Source: Monocercomonoides exilis PA203
Lineage: Eukaryota > Protista > Preaxostyla
Length of the DNA: 64,000 nucleotides
Direction: 5' to 3'
Assembly (NCBI GenBank): GCA_001643675.2
Contig: LSRY02000005.1
Location: 1,364,001 to 1,428,000 of the forward strand
Every line of letters starts with the position of its first letter. Position 1 is the first letter of the stretch. Positions 1-13,867 of this stretch are shown in pieces. A model generated the notes under the pieces. The model had not been told where the DNA came from. It was given only the letters and a program-made list of their open reading frames with translations, and made no database searches. Made by a program: the position numbers and the translations under genes.

Positions 1-625
1 TAATTTTTGACTTTTCAGTTGGCAAAGCATGCTCAATAATACACATTTAGTTTCAACAAAACTTTATCGAAAAGAATATATTTTTTAAAGAAATTCAAAA
101 CTTATCTAGATTCTTTTCTAAATGTTGACATTTCACGTTTTGTATCATATTCACTTCGATTTGCTTTTGTTTTTGGAGTCATTTAACTTTCAGTCGATAT
201 CATTTTTATTATTTTCTTCACTTCAATTTTTTGTAATTGAAAATATATTCTTTGATAAGGAAATGAAAAGCTCTTAATTGCACCTTGAATAGATAAGTTA
301 AAAGCATAATAGCCTGTTATTATACATATTCATAACTGCTGCCAAAAATAAAGAATCCTCATTGTTTTAATGTTTTTCGTTTATTGAAAGAATCATTCTT
401 CTTTTCACAGATAAATGTTCATGATGAATGTTGATAAATAAATAAATAAATAGGCCAAAATTAAATAATGAAAAAAATACTTTTTACGAATAACTGCAAC
501 ACTCTCGACAGAATCAAAAATAAAAAGCTAAAAGATTAATTATTCAAAACTGGAAACTGCTTATTGCCAAAATTTTTCACCATAAACAATCGTATGGTGT
601 AATTTCCGGTTTGATTTTGAATCCT

Positions 626-2605
626 TTATTGAACAATAGGAGGAAGCAGGTTGTTCACTTTGGGTTGAAGCAGATTTTCAACGACTGCATCAACAACCAT
701 CTGAAGTTCTCTTACAACCTCATCGCGGTTTGGTCCTGTTAGTTCTGAATACCACTTGATCTTTGGCTCAGTTCCAGATGTGCGCACGGTAATAACCGCT
801 CCGTTAGTGAAAGTGAGAGTGAGCATTTCAGCCTCGGGAGAAACAGGAAGCGTAGCAACGTGATCAGCACTTGTGGAATCAAATCCTGTGTGCAAATCGC
901 GAACAGAGGAAATTGTAAGCATCTTTTTGGTCTCTGGGTGCATAAGCTGCTTTGGATAGTGGGCGTCTCCTGTTTTTCCTGATGGATCAAACAGATCTGT
1001 TTCTGTTCCGTTTCCAAGTGCTCTAATTCTGTTGAAAATTTTGGTGATTGTCGGAGGTTCGTAGCACAAAAGATACGAATTGTTCGACACAGCGATTCCG
1101 TATTCAGCATAGATCTCATTAAGCAATTGCTGCATTGTCTTCTTATCTTTCATGTATGTAAGTGCAATAAGCTCAGCGAGCGTAGCTGATGCAGACAATC
1201 CATCCTTGTCAACAATGATGTCTGAGTCAAGGCAATATCCAATAGCCTCCTCATAGCCAAACACAGCGTGAATTCCTTCCTTCTGGTCAAAGTCCAGCAT
1301 TCTGTTTCCAATCCACTTGAATCCTGTCAAAGTTTGCGCTGTATGGAATCCTTCTTTTTTCCCCATAACGTCGATGAATCTCGAAGACACGGCACTGTTG
1401 ACCATTGCAATTTTCGCCAAGCTTTCACCTGGGTGAGCTTCTTTCCAGTCGCACAATTGGCGATACGCAAAGATCGCTCCGATTTCATCGCCTGTAAAGC
1501 GGTGCCATGCCTTTTTCGCTTCGTCCCACTCAACAAAAGTGCATCTATCTGAGTCTGGATCTGTGGCAATAACAATGGGAATGCTGTTCTTTTCAGCTGT
1601 CTTCATGGCAAGGTCCAACGTTCCTTTCTCTTCGGGATTTGGAAAAGCTGCTGTGGGGAAGTCTGGATCAGGCTGAACCTGCTCTTCACAAGGAACTGGT
1701 TCCATCAAGCCAAAGGCCGAGAACACATCTTTAATAAAGCGATATCCAACTCCATGCATGGCGGTGTAAACAACCTTCATTTGTGGAATCTCTGTACCGA
1801 AACGGCGCTTTTTAGAAAGGACTGATGCGACCTTTTCGCAATATGAAGCCCAGCAAACAGCACCTGCATCTTTGTGAAGCGATGATGATGTTACACCGTC
1901 AACGTTGATATCCCAAGGTTGCAAATTTTCAAGGATTGATTGCTGAATATGTTTATCCGTTGGAGATACAATTTGTGCACTATTTGCCCAATAAACTTTG
2001 TATCCATTATCAACTTTCGGATTGTGCGACGCTGTAACCATAATACCAACTTTTGCTCCTGTAAGTCTAACTGTAAACGGTACATGAGGTGTGGCGCAAC
2101 AACTTGGAAATAGGTAAACGGGGACTTCTTTAGAAATCCAAACTGCAGCTGCGATTTTAGCAAATGTGCTGCTGTGGTGCCTTGCATCGAATCCAATGAC
2201 CACTCCCTTTTCTTTCAAATCAGGAAAAACAGAAAGCGCATAAGCGCACAGCCCCTATAAAATTTATCAATTTTTAAATTTCAAAGTTTTTCAAATTATT
2301 AAATATTTTTGAAAAAGTTCACAAACTTGTGTTGCTTGCTGAATTGTAAGGTTGTTCATACATGCATATCCTGCTCTCATTGGACCTCGTAAACCAGCTG
2401 TACCGAATGTCATTTTTTTCCCAAGAATTCTTTGCAATTCTTCGAATTTTTCTTCTTTGTATAAAGTTTCAATTTCCTTTCTTGTTTCTGGGTCTTTGTC
2501 CAATGCAAGCCATTCATCAACTAGATGCTTAACATTATCTTTAAAATATAAAAGGTTCATTATTATTTCTTGTTGATAAGAAAACAAACCAGATTGCTGT
2601 GTCAT
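626..2605 (-). CDS. PGM2: Phosphoglucomutase/phosphopentomutase, PGM2-like alpha-D-phosphohexomutase; exons 2605-2590, 2538-2327, 2254-626 (618 aa)
   Basis: Motifs FGTAGLRG, TASHNP (phospho-Ser), DPDSDR (metal loop), GYEEAIG, RTSGTEPKIK. Intron 2326-2255 (GTTTGT..TAG) joins QATQ-GLCAY in frame; intron 2589-2539 (GTTTGT..AAG) is 51 nt and in frame. Confidence 0.92.
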
Positions 2606-3660
2606 TTGTCACCAACAATTATTATAACTTACATATTAGATCAATTTTTGATTTTTCCGAAATGGTGATTTTTTACTCCAGAAAATCATATAAGTGAAAC
2701 TATAAGAGCAATAAAGCGCAAGCACATTTTTACGCTGTTAAACGTTCTATTTCCATGTTTTCAGTGTGTAAGTTCTTGTTGAAAGCATGTATAAATTCAG
2801 ACCGGAAAATTAAAAAAAAGTAATGAATAATGCTTAAAGAGCAATACAAAAATAAATGAATAATTTGAAATGTTTTTGTGCATGTTTGTGGATAATTACC
2901 TTGATTTTCACTTTCGCCTTCGAACATGGTGAAGAGTTAAGTTTTAGAATGATTAATAAATCGAATTTTTCCCAAACAGTAAAACTTTTAAAAGTGAATG
3001 CGATATATTTGATGGCATATAATGCTCGTTTATTTGATGAATAAAAAGAAAAGTTTTTCGACCACCTTTAAGTTTGTCGCTTTGGTGAGATGTTTGATTT
3101 CATATTTCACATTGAATATTCAAACCAAACTTATTTTAATATTTAACTTTTACAATAAATCTTTTTTTATCATGAATTGGTTATTTTTTGAATTTATTTT
3201 AAAGATCTGAGATCTTTTTGTTATTATTCATTTTGATATTTTTTATCTGAAAAAATCCATTTTTTGAATATTAATTTATAAGCACTATCAAAGATATTAT
3301 TTACATATTCGTTTGACTAGATTTTGCGGGAGAAATTTCTGATGGATTTCGTGAAGAATGCATGCAAATTTTTAGAAGCTTATCCCTCAAAAATGATGTT
3401 AGTTAAAAAAAAGCAGAAAATTCTTAGAAGATGGCATTGCACCATACACTTTCTAAGTTACAGAACATCAAAAAATGCATCACATTTTAAGAAAATCTGT
3501 CAACTCAAACGATTCATTCAATAAATGAAAACTAACTCATTGGGCAACAAGACTTTTTTGAAAGAACTTGAAGTTTTTGATAAGAATCATATTTTCTGCT
3601 TTATGCGTCAAGATGATAAATGAAAAAACTTGATCATAAGGTTTGATAATAAAATCAACA

Positions 3661-3703
3661 TTTTTTTTTCATTTTTTCATTTTTTCATTTTTTCATTTTT
3701 TCA
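3661..3703. repeat. Short tandem repeat, (TGAAAAAA)n on the minus strand, starting at the stop codon of the giant gene
   Basis: Repeated ttttttca units directly visible at 3661-3703. Confidence 0.6.
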
Positions 3704-6700
3704 AAATGAGATCAAACTTGTTTTATCTGTGCAACTATCACTTTGACAATCTCTGTTGCTTTCATCTTCTTGAAAGTCAATTGCATCTGATGCAGTGAGC
3801 AATACAGCATCTGGAGGGAAATGAACAATGGTGTGACGCTTGACATTTTCAATGGTTGGTCGCTGAGATGGATTGAATGATAGAGAAGTGGAAACAAGGT
3901 TGGAGAAGGAAGAGGAGTGTGTAAGCATCATATCAAAGTTAGGCAAATCTCCTCGTTGAATCTTTTGCCCCGCTAGCTCGGCTTCATAATCGCTAAAAGG
4001 GATTTTCAATGTCAAACATTCCCATAGCATCATCCCAATAGAAAACACAACAGACTCCTTTGTCGCTCCCATCTTTTTGTTTGTCTGCAGCTCAGGCGCC
4101 TTCCACCTCAGGCACTCATATCGATTGTCCTCGTCATCCTCGAACGCTGATGAAGGCAGGGAGTTTCTATCATCATCACTCACAGTCGAGCAGTCAGACG
4201 AGCACGAAAAGACGGATGATGAATCTGAATCCGAACCATTAGAAGAACAATCCGAGTGCATTGCAATACAGATCACCATATGTTCTGAGAACAACACGAT
4301 GTGAGGACTCAAATTGGCAAGTGAAGAAAGAGGATTTTCCATTTCATCAAATGAGTGGAGTGCGAGATTGGCCACCCAGAACAAGATTTGGGCAGCCGTC
4401 TGCTCCCTCTCTTTCAATGAGCCAATCGCCATCTCTTTCTTCTCGTTCCTCCCATGCAACAACATGAACAGCGAATCCCTCAAGTCCACAATCAGTTTCT
4501 CGTGTGGTGATGAACATGCCATTGCATCCACCAGATTCGACATCGACGAGGTGGTTGGACACAGACTTTCTGTTCGAACAAAAGTTGAATCTGAATCAGT
4601 TGAACATGTCGAAGATATTGATGGCGATGGTGTTCTCTTTCTTGTCTCTTCATCATCTTCTTCTTTCTCATCCACTTTCTCCAACATCCATTGAGGTATT
4701 TTGTCTGAGTCTCTTCCCAAAATGTATTCAGTCGATCCACTTTCACTCAATAAATGCTCTGACGACTCGGAGTGCCCCAAACTTTTCTCAATCACTCTCT
4801 TCTTAAACCTCTCATCATTCTTCTTCTCCGCCTCCTTCTCCGCTCTTCGCCACTGCGCTTCAGGTGACATCTCCATCGTCACCATCTCAATCAGCTTCGG
4901 ATCCTTCTTCACTGTATCTTTCACAATTTCCTCCAATTCATCTGATCGTTCCTTTGCCTTTTTCCATCTAACAACAAATAAAATAAATCCAATGAGGAAA
5001 ATCAACAATATTACTACAAGCACAATCGCAATCAGCATCCAATAAGATTTTCCTTCTTTTCCTCCTTCAACAATTCTTTCATCTCCATTTGCCTTAGGCT
5101 CGCTTCTGTTCTTCAGAATGAATGAATCAGTTGAAGCTGGAGATTCGACCCTTCCAAATAAGATTTTCACAGACACTTCTGTTGCCTCAGACGCAGTTGT
5201 AACAATTGATGCTGGAATGGCTGTGTGAATCTCTACTTCGCCTGCAAACTCTTCTGCTTGCAGCGGATACACCTGCAGATTGTGAACCGAGCCATCGAAG
5301 GAATCAACCTGGAGGGACAAGCCACAGGGCAGGAGCAAGGAGCCAGCAAGATCAATCGCAAGGGTGTTGCCTTGCTGGCGAGACTTCACTGAAGCCAACT
5401 GCGGAATGAAGAACGGAGATGCTCTTTCTGAAGCAATTCCAGAGAGACTACATCCCAAGTTCAAAACCCAAAGTGATGAGTTCTCTTTTAAACCATCCCC
5501 GCCTTTCAAACTTGTTATATCAAGTACTCCTGAATTACTGCAGATGATATTTCTCCTTGTAGATGAATAGTTCTGAATCAATGGATTATTGTTGAAGAAC
5601 TTACCTTCAGAAACTGAGATCGTGCTTCTTGATGCTGCAATTCCCCCTTTTGAAGAATTTGAAATTGAAGAATCATTAATTGATATAACGCTATTTTCGA
5701 AGAAAATAAGAGAACTATTCCACTTGCATAATTGACTTTGCTCAGATATTTCATTTATTTCGATATCTCCCTCGCTCATCAAATCTCCTTCAAACAGACA
5801 TGATTTGATACGCAAGCATGAACAATTTTCAAAAATCGCAGCGCTTCCAAGTTCAACATTCCCTTGATGACAACCAGAAAGTGAACAATTTTGCAGACTT
5901 AGTTGATTCTCGTGCAAACAACAATCAAAACAAGAAGCAGAGTCGAATGATGAGATGCAAGAAATATTAATTAAAGAAAATTCAAGCGAGTTGCTAACTT
6001 TTGCCCATTCTGAAGAAGGATCACTTTCTATTCCAAAGAAAGATCCACTGTGTATTGTGCAATTTGAGATATTTAGTTTCTCTGCAAATCCGTTCATTTC
6101 CTTCAACAAAATAGTGCTTTTTGATGAGAAGATTCTATCTAGCTTAAGTTGTCGCAACTGTATTCTCCCAGATTTGCACTCCGCAATCCTCGGGCAATTC
6201 AGATTGCTCATCTTTGCTTCATCAAAAATCAGTTCACTATCCATAGAAGATATCAGAATTGGAGAAATAGAAGAAATATTTTCTGTCCCGCAGAATCCAC
6301 ATGATTGAAATGATGTTTTTCCAGAAACAATCAAAAAAAGAATTGAATGCTGTGATGAAAAGTCTGAGGGAAGATAAAAGCAAATACTTCCAATCAACAC
6401 ATTATTCTCGAATAAAATCATACATTCACGTGATTTAAATGGAGAAGGATGAATCATAACATTTGCCTTCTCTTGTCCAAGAGATTTCATTTCCATATCA
6501 ACAATGTTGCATTCGCTTGTAATATTGCCGATGTCATCTATTAATATCCTAGATAAATAATCGAAAATGAGGTGTCTGAGGCCTAATTCAACGGTCAAAC
6601 AAGGATTCTCTATTTTTCCGCATTGCCTCCCGTTTGTTCCGTTTTTTTCATGGGATGATGACACAATGATTGTGCTCTGCTGATAAATTGTCACATAGTC

Positions 6701-9700
6701 TATCAGATCAACAGGATTTTGATTGCGATTATCGCACCCATAAATTGCATCAAAACGATTATATACGTCTGGTCGGAGGTCCAACTGAAACTGTGTTTCA
6801 TTTATTTGCTCTTCAATGCTCCAGCATTCCACAAATATATCTCTTCCCTTCCATGCATTGTTCCTCTGAAACTCACATTTTAGAAATGTCAAATTCAGCG
6901 ATTCATTTCCTTCAGCTTTTATGTACACTCCACCCCCTTTTCCGTTTTTTAAAGAGCAGCTACAGCTTGAAATTTTGCTGTTATGCAATTTATAATAACT
7001 TTCAGAACCAAGGATAAACATTATCACTCCTCCTTTTTCGGATGCTTCTGATTGGCAAGCATCAAATAAAGAATCATTAATCAACGCATTGCAAGAACTT
7101 GTCGAAGTGCATGTAATAATGCATGATCCATTAATTGTTGAAGAAACATTCTGGAAAACCGATTTATTAATCTCAATTGTTGGCAATTCATTTCCAGAGC
7201 TTGTACTGTTGTCAATGAACCGAATAAAGCCTCCATTTATGACTGAGTTAAGCACAATTACATCTGTGAGAGAACAAGAAGAGCAACTCCATATTTCGAG
7301 TGCTGTTGAATCGAATTTCAATTGATGTACTTCAAAACTTATAAGCTTTAATATCCCGCTTTGCACTGAAACAAACTTCATATCTAAATAATATATTGAA
7401 CTTGATGAGCAAAGAAAACAGTTTTCAATGGATACTGAGCTTCCCTTAAAATTTATGATAACTCCTGTGAATTCAGCAAGTGTTTCATCAAGTTGCATAT
7501 CAATGCACATGAATGATAAAGTTCCTGTGCAGGAAAAGATCCAGTCCAATATTTCAAATGTTTCTGGCTTCTTCAAAATAAGTTCGGATTTTGTTTCTTT
7601 TTCAAGATTTGCTGACGAAAATGAATAGTTGGACAAATCATATGCATTCTGAACAAAAGAAGAGTTTTCAATTAGCATTACTTTCTTTTCTGCATTTCCA
7701 TCAATTTGACTCATTCCTTTCCAGAAAGTCTCACATGGATCGAATTTTTGGCCACATTTTGAAACATCGCTTCCATTGATTGATATGAAAATAACATTTG
7801 ATGAATAGCTTACAAGGAATCGAAACAAGTTTGTGTCTTTGTTTTTTGCATCCGAACCTACAAATACATTTGAATCTTCTGCAAATGACAAATAATCGAA
7901 ATTGAATGTCATGTTCGTCACTGTTGTGTTCAAATCTTTTGTTTCAACAAAAATGCTCTTACCAATATGCGCATTGTTTTCACAAAATATTACATCAACG
8001 AATGAAAATGGTTGGATTGAGTTTGTAGGAATGCAGTTGACAAACAAAAAACCTCCTCTTCCAAAGGTTTCTGAGCACATGCACGAATCCATTATGCAGT
8101 CTTGAATTTGTATTGCTTGATCTGATGATAGGTGACAAGAGACCGATCCTCCTTCCAAACTTTCAGCTGTGCTTAATCCACAAAATTTGCAATTTGATGC
8201 AGAAAATGATGACTTCATTGAAAACGGAACGAAATAAAAATTTTGTGGTTGGAAAGTGCAAAAGCTCAAGCAAACATAACCTCCAGTTGAACGAATCAGA
8301 TAAAATTGGCACAGAGAATTTGAAGAGATAAATTCAAAAGAGCAGTTTGATAGAGTCAAACCATATTCTTCTTTTGAAGAAGATAAAAACAGCGCTTTTT
8401 GGCCGGAACAGAAAAAAGAAGGAAGTGAAATAATAGCTTTTTTAACCAATAACTCATCATTATTCAGAAAAATGGATTCTGAAGGCACGCCAGAAATAGT
8501 TGAACTAACAGCAAGAGAACAATTTTCCAGAGTGTTTGAAGGAGCAATAATAAATGATGATAGAACATGCGAATGATCAACGTATGTTTCGGTTATTATC
8601 GTCAGTCTTTTTTGAACAGCATCTTGTAGAATGTTGCTGAATCCTCTTGAGAACGAATAGCATGGATACATTTCACTTCCACAGCCTTGCATATCATATC
8701 CAGATGACGAAACAATAATCTCTTGTGATTGAAACTGAATTAAGAATAAATACAGATCGTGCGCTGAGTCATTGAAATAATTACGATCGTTACCCATCAT
8801 GCTTATTGCTTTTTGTCCATCATCGTTCATTAACCGAATTTTGAACTGTTCTAAAGTAATTGAAGTATTCAAATTGTCGCAAACGATAAAGATATCTTTC
8901 CCAAACTCCGCTGAGTTATTGACGAATGAAACGTTTGCAATTAAATAATCATTTGTGGATCCGTTAGGAAGAGAAAGATGGAGGCCTCCGCCTCTTCCTC
9001 TGCTTTCAATCATTCCGCTTTTTGTGATGCTGGAATTTGCAATTGACATTTTTCCAGTTGCTTGAAGACTGCATTTCATAAAACCTCCTTCTTCAGAATC
9101 GGACAAGCAGCTCGTAAAAGTGCAATTTTCTGAAACTTTAAAATTTTCATTATTCAAAAGATGCAACGCCGATGCACGTGCTTCTAAAAATGACCAATCT
9201 GAATTCTCAATATCTAACGACCCTCCAATCATTGAAATTATCCCGCCAGCTTCTTTAAATGAAATTTTGCGAAGTGACACTTTTGAGAATTTGATTGTTC
9301 CTTTGCTTGCGAAGACTATCAAAGCGTCTGCTTCAATCATCGTATCATCTTTTCTGCCGAAGAAGCATTCATCAACAAACAGCTTCCCTCCATCAATGGA
9401 AATCAAATGGCCAACTGAAGATGTCATTGGAATGTTGAACTTTAAATAAGAAAGCATCATTGAAGCAGAATTTGCCTCAATCTTCAGTGAAATAGTGCCA
9501 TCTGTCTCAATGTCAAATGTGGATTGACTTGTTGAAGACTGTCCACGAATTGTGAGAGACAATCCATTTCTGTCTAGTACCTCATCCAGAATACAAGAGT
9601 CAATTATTTGAATTGTTGTTTGGTCTGTGCTCATTTTGTTAAAGCCAAACATTAAGTCTCCACACGGATCCAAATCGTCACCACATCTCGGATCTCCACT

Positions 9701-12700
9701 TCCTTCATTTTTTACATACACCATGCTAAGCCTTGGAGGAAAAAGGAAGTAGAGCACTGAGCGGTTAATGTTCGGATCAATTTCAACATCAATGACCCAT
9801 TTGTTCAGAGGATCTTCGATTTCTTTTGATGTTCCTTCCCATAGCTGAATTACCAAAACGTCACGGGGAGATGGGCATATAAGAAATACATCTTTTCCAA
9901 GATATGCATTGCAGTCTGAAAAAGATATCTGCTTCATTGAATATGTAACATCTTCTTTGCAAAATTTTAAATGAATACCTCCTCCAACTCCAAATTCTTC
10001 GTTAACACAGCAGCTATTCACAGTGTTGTTGGAAAACAGAAATGATCCTCTGTCACACACTTCAACATTCAGTCCACCTCCTGATATTCTTGCAACCTCA
10101 CTTGATGAACACTGTTCGAATGTGCAATTTCTCACTATCATTGATTTTCCATCTCCGATTGAACCAGCAACTCCTCCACCTCCTCCACTTGTTCTGTTGA
10201 TACTGGTAAATAAAGAACTTTCGATCTCGATCACATCTGAATTTTGTATAACCAGCATTCCGTTTGCACCCATATCAATGCAATTGAACTTCGAGTTATT
10301 GATCACTAACCTTTCTCCATCACAAATATCTATAAATTCAGATAAATATTGCATTACGATATTATCTAATTTCAAAGCATCGCAAGAGCAACTGGATTCG
10401 CTTCCTTTTATTTCAATGACTGGACTCATGCCGAAAGTCAATTCGCACAAATTTAAGTTTTCAATGTTTAGATATCCTTTTGAAATAACTATTAATGAAA
10501 CATCCACATTTCCAGAATCTGCAACAAACGAGCATTTTGCTAGTGTCAAATTCATCTCGAAACAATGAAATATGTATTTTATATTTTTTGTGAATGATGC
10601 AGGAAGAGAAAAACAAATTCCTTGGAATGAGCTGTGTTTTTTTGTCTCTATTATGTTTTCACCAGCTTCGTTGATATCGTGAGATATTTTTATTTTTGTC
10701 CCTGGTTGCTCCACAGATATCTGAGTTTGTTGCTGATCTATGATGAACATGCGCTCAATTTCAAATGGAGATAGTAAGCAGATTATTCTTTTTTCATTTG
10801 AAAACCGAAGAGATGAAGCATATTCTATGGATGAGCACGGATAATCCGAAAATCCACAGGCAGAATAATCGTGCCCAGTTTCTCCAGCAACATACGATGG
10901 AGCAGAAAAAGATCTCAAATATGTGACCAATGGAATTGAAAATGTTTCATTTGTCGTTGAACGTTCAAACCCATGGAATGAAATTGTATCGAACAAATTG
11001 ATATCCATTACAAACGTATTCCAATGAGCAATAAACGAAAGGTTGTTAGCGTTTACAAAAATATTTGATCCATATACAGCTGTACATGATGAGAAAGTTA
11101 TTGATTCAAAAATTACAGAAGGTTCATCAGTGTGTTGAATTGACAAGTGAATTCCACCACCTAGACCTCCATCTCCTCCGTCCGATTTTGCATGACATGA
11201 ATCAAAAAACGAACCTATTGGATCATTTGTTTCTGGGGTTATCATTATTCTTGAGTTTGCATTCATTTTCAGATTCATCCCACCTCCATTTCCACTGGTT
11301 GAGCAACATTCGTTCCATATACCTCCTTCTATAATCAAGCTTTTATCTGTTCCAACTGTTCCTTCGATACCACTTCCACTTCCTCTTTGTCTTGTTATTC
11401 CAAATAGAGTGGAGTTTGCCAAATGAAGTTCACAAGAATCTGAAAAAGAGATAGCAGCTTTTGAAGCCCCAATAAAATTTGATATTGTCGTTGATATGAT
11501 TTGAACATTTCCACTTGACAACACCAAAAGTGATTCCTCAAGTCGATTATCTGTAGAATGAAGTGTATTAACTGTTAAGAAACACTTCGTCAGAAACAAT
11601 GAGCCAAACGAAGAAAGAGAAAAAAGTGATGTATATTTTGAAGATTCTGTGACATTATGTATAACTTTGAAAGATGTGACAGATAATGAGCAAGTCGAAA
11701 TCTCAAACAGCGAGCCAGCGGAAATAGCTGAAGTTACAATCACAATTTCACTTCCTGAACTTTCAAGAACAATATTAGTCTCAACAAACAAACAGTTTCT
11801 TTCCGCATATGTAAATGGATCTACACTTATTATGGTTTGTAAATTCTTTGAAGTGTCAATCACTTTGAAAGAAAAAGAAATTGTCTTGCATTTTCTTTTA
11901 TTTCTGCCACAAGCCAGTTGGTCAATTCCATCCTGAGAGTTAACCTTGATTGCATCAAAATGCCCAAAATGAATCCAACTACTCATATCATCATCCCCAC
12001 ACATAACGAGTCTATTGCCGAGTGTCATCGAACGGCATTCGACCATCACATTTTCAGTCGCTTTTCCAATCCAGTTTCCTCTGAATGAAATATCTTTTGC
12101 ACCAACTCTCGCAGAATTCAACTCAAAATAACAGAAAGTGATGAATGCTGTCCACTCTCCCCCATAATTTCCGTCTCCACAAAAGTCAATTCCTCCGCCA
12201 TGTGCAGCAGTGCAATTGATAATCATACAATCTGTTATTGTAACATTTGTGCTATCTCCAATCAGAATTCCACCTCCAGAGAGATATGGCAGTCCCTGTG
12301 ATTCAGCACATGATTGTATTAAACATTGCTCAATCAAAGAATTCTGTGGAATTCGATTTAAATAAATGCATCCTCCTGTTGTTACACAACTGCACATTGT
12401 GCAATTGCATTTTTCTATTATTGTTCCTTCATCATAATCCCTTAAAAAAAACCCTCCATACCCATCTGACTTACAATCATTGGCAAATGAATTATTTATC
12501 AACACATGAGATGAAACAGTTGGTCCAATGTAAATTGCTGCGCCACTTTGTTTACAGGAGCAATTAATGAAATCACAATTATTAATTGACAAAGTGCAAT
12601 TCACGTTATGCCAAATGGCTCCTCCATAAGTTTCAGAAAATGAATCAAAGATTGTGTTATCAAAGGCAATTGGCTCAGCACCAGATGTGTTCACTCTTGA

Positions 12701-13516
12701 AGGCTGAATATACTTTACAGAGCATTTGAAAAATGTGGTGTTTGTCACGCAAAGACCACCTGTGTTTGTGAAACCATTCAAAATTGTCCCTTGAATAGGT
12801 GATGAAACTCCTTCGATTTCAGTGTTGGAAACGTGCTCATGAACAATTGAATAGAAATAGTTAGATTCTTTTATATTGCTCGAAGAAATATTTCTGAACA
12901 GACAATCTTCAACAAAACAAAACTGTCCGTTTTTTGCACCGATGAAAGGAGTCTCTGAGCGAAGAACAAACGATGAGAAAATGCAACAAGATATTAAAAC
13001 TTCCTTATTCAGAGCTGGAAAAGAAGGATATTGGGTCATGGGTTTCAACAACGAAGGAAGAATGTTTTTAACTTTTGAGAGAGATACTGAAATATTGGTT
13101 GCTAAGACTCCACCATCATTGATGATAAATGAAGAATTCAATAATTTCGAAGAGAAAACAAATTTGAAGTTGTGAATAACTACATCAGAATTATCATCAA
13201 TCCATATGGCATGCTGAAAGAAAACACTTTTTAAAGAAAAGTCTCTTATGAATAGTGAAGAGTTCAGAGCGCAAAATGAAGAATTCACATATTTGGCACA
13301 GCCATTATTAGTCAAAGGAACTTGGACATTGCAGGCGTTTGGAACTGAGTAAAATGAAATTGAAATATTTTCTTAACTTTAACAAGAATATTTAATATTT
13401 TGCATACAAACTTGAACGACTGATAAATGGATGTTATTATTTGATTCATTTTTTGCCATAATGTTCTCGTTTGAATGGTGTTGAAAAAGAATTAGAAGAA
13501 AGAAAAAGCTTTTCAT
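3701..13516 (-). CDS. Giant single-pass surface protein (about 3250 aa): signal peptide, 6 Cys-capped beta-helix/Pmp-like modules, TM helix, degenerate TKL-type kinase C-lobe; exons 13516-13408 and 13344-3701
   Basis: 3204-aa ORF. Upstream exon MKSFFFLLILF joins in frame via GTATGC..CAG intron 13407-13345. Six CGxxxx(P/K)C motifs, GGG(I/V) and FxxNxA motifs, TM LIAIVLVVILLIFLIGFILFVV, then RWKAPE, VFSIGMMLWE and RP. Confidence 0.85.
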
Positions 13517-13659
13517 TCGCGTGATTTTTCTGAACTGATATGTGAAGGTTGTTGATCTTGACAATTTTTTTTTTGAAAATGGAAATAATTTTGGTATTAT
13601 TTTTTTTTTTAAAAAAAGTATCAAATAAATAAATAAATAGGGTGAGTTATTATTCATGT

Positions 13660-13867
13660 GGCTGATCCATTTTTGAAAACAAACTATCGTTCGAGTTTTG
13701 ATCAAAAATTTAATCTCAATGGGATATTCGAAAAAAGTTATTTTCTTTCAAATATCAACATAAGATGAATGTATTCACAGTTGTTGTTCATTTTTAACAA
13801 AATTCCATTAAGATAAAATTTTTGAACAAAACTCAAACGAAAGTTTGATTTCAAAAAAAAAACAGTC
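13660..13867. mobile_element. MITE family 1, degenerate copy, inverted relative to 41190-41392
   Basis: GGCTGATCCATTTTTGAAAACAAACTATCGTTCGAGTTTTGATC at the left end and an imperfect reverse complement at the right. The interior resembles the reverse complement of the 41.2 kb copy's interior. Confidence 0.75.
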
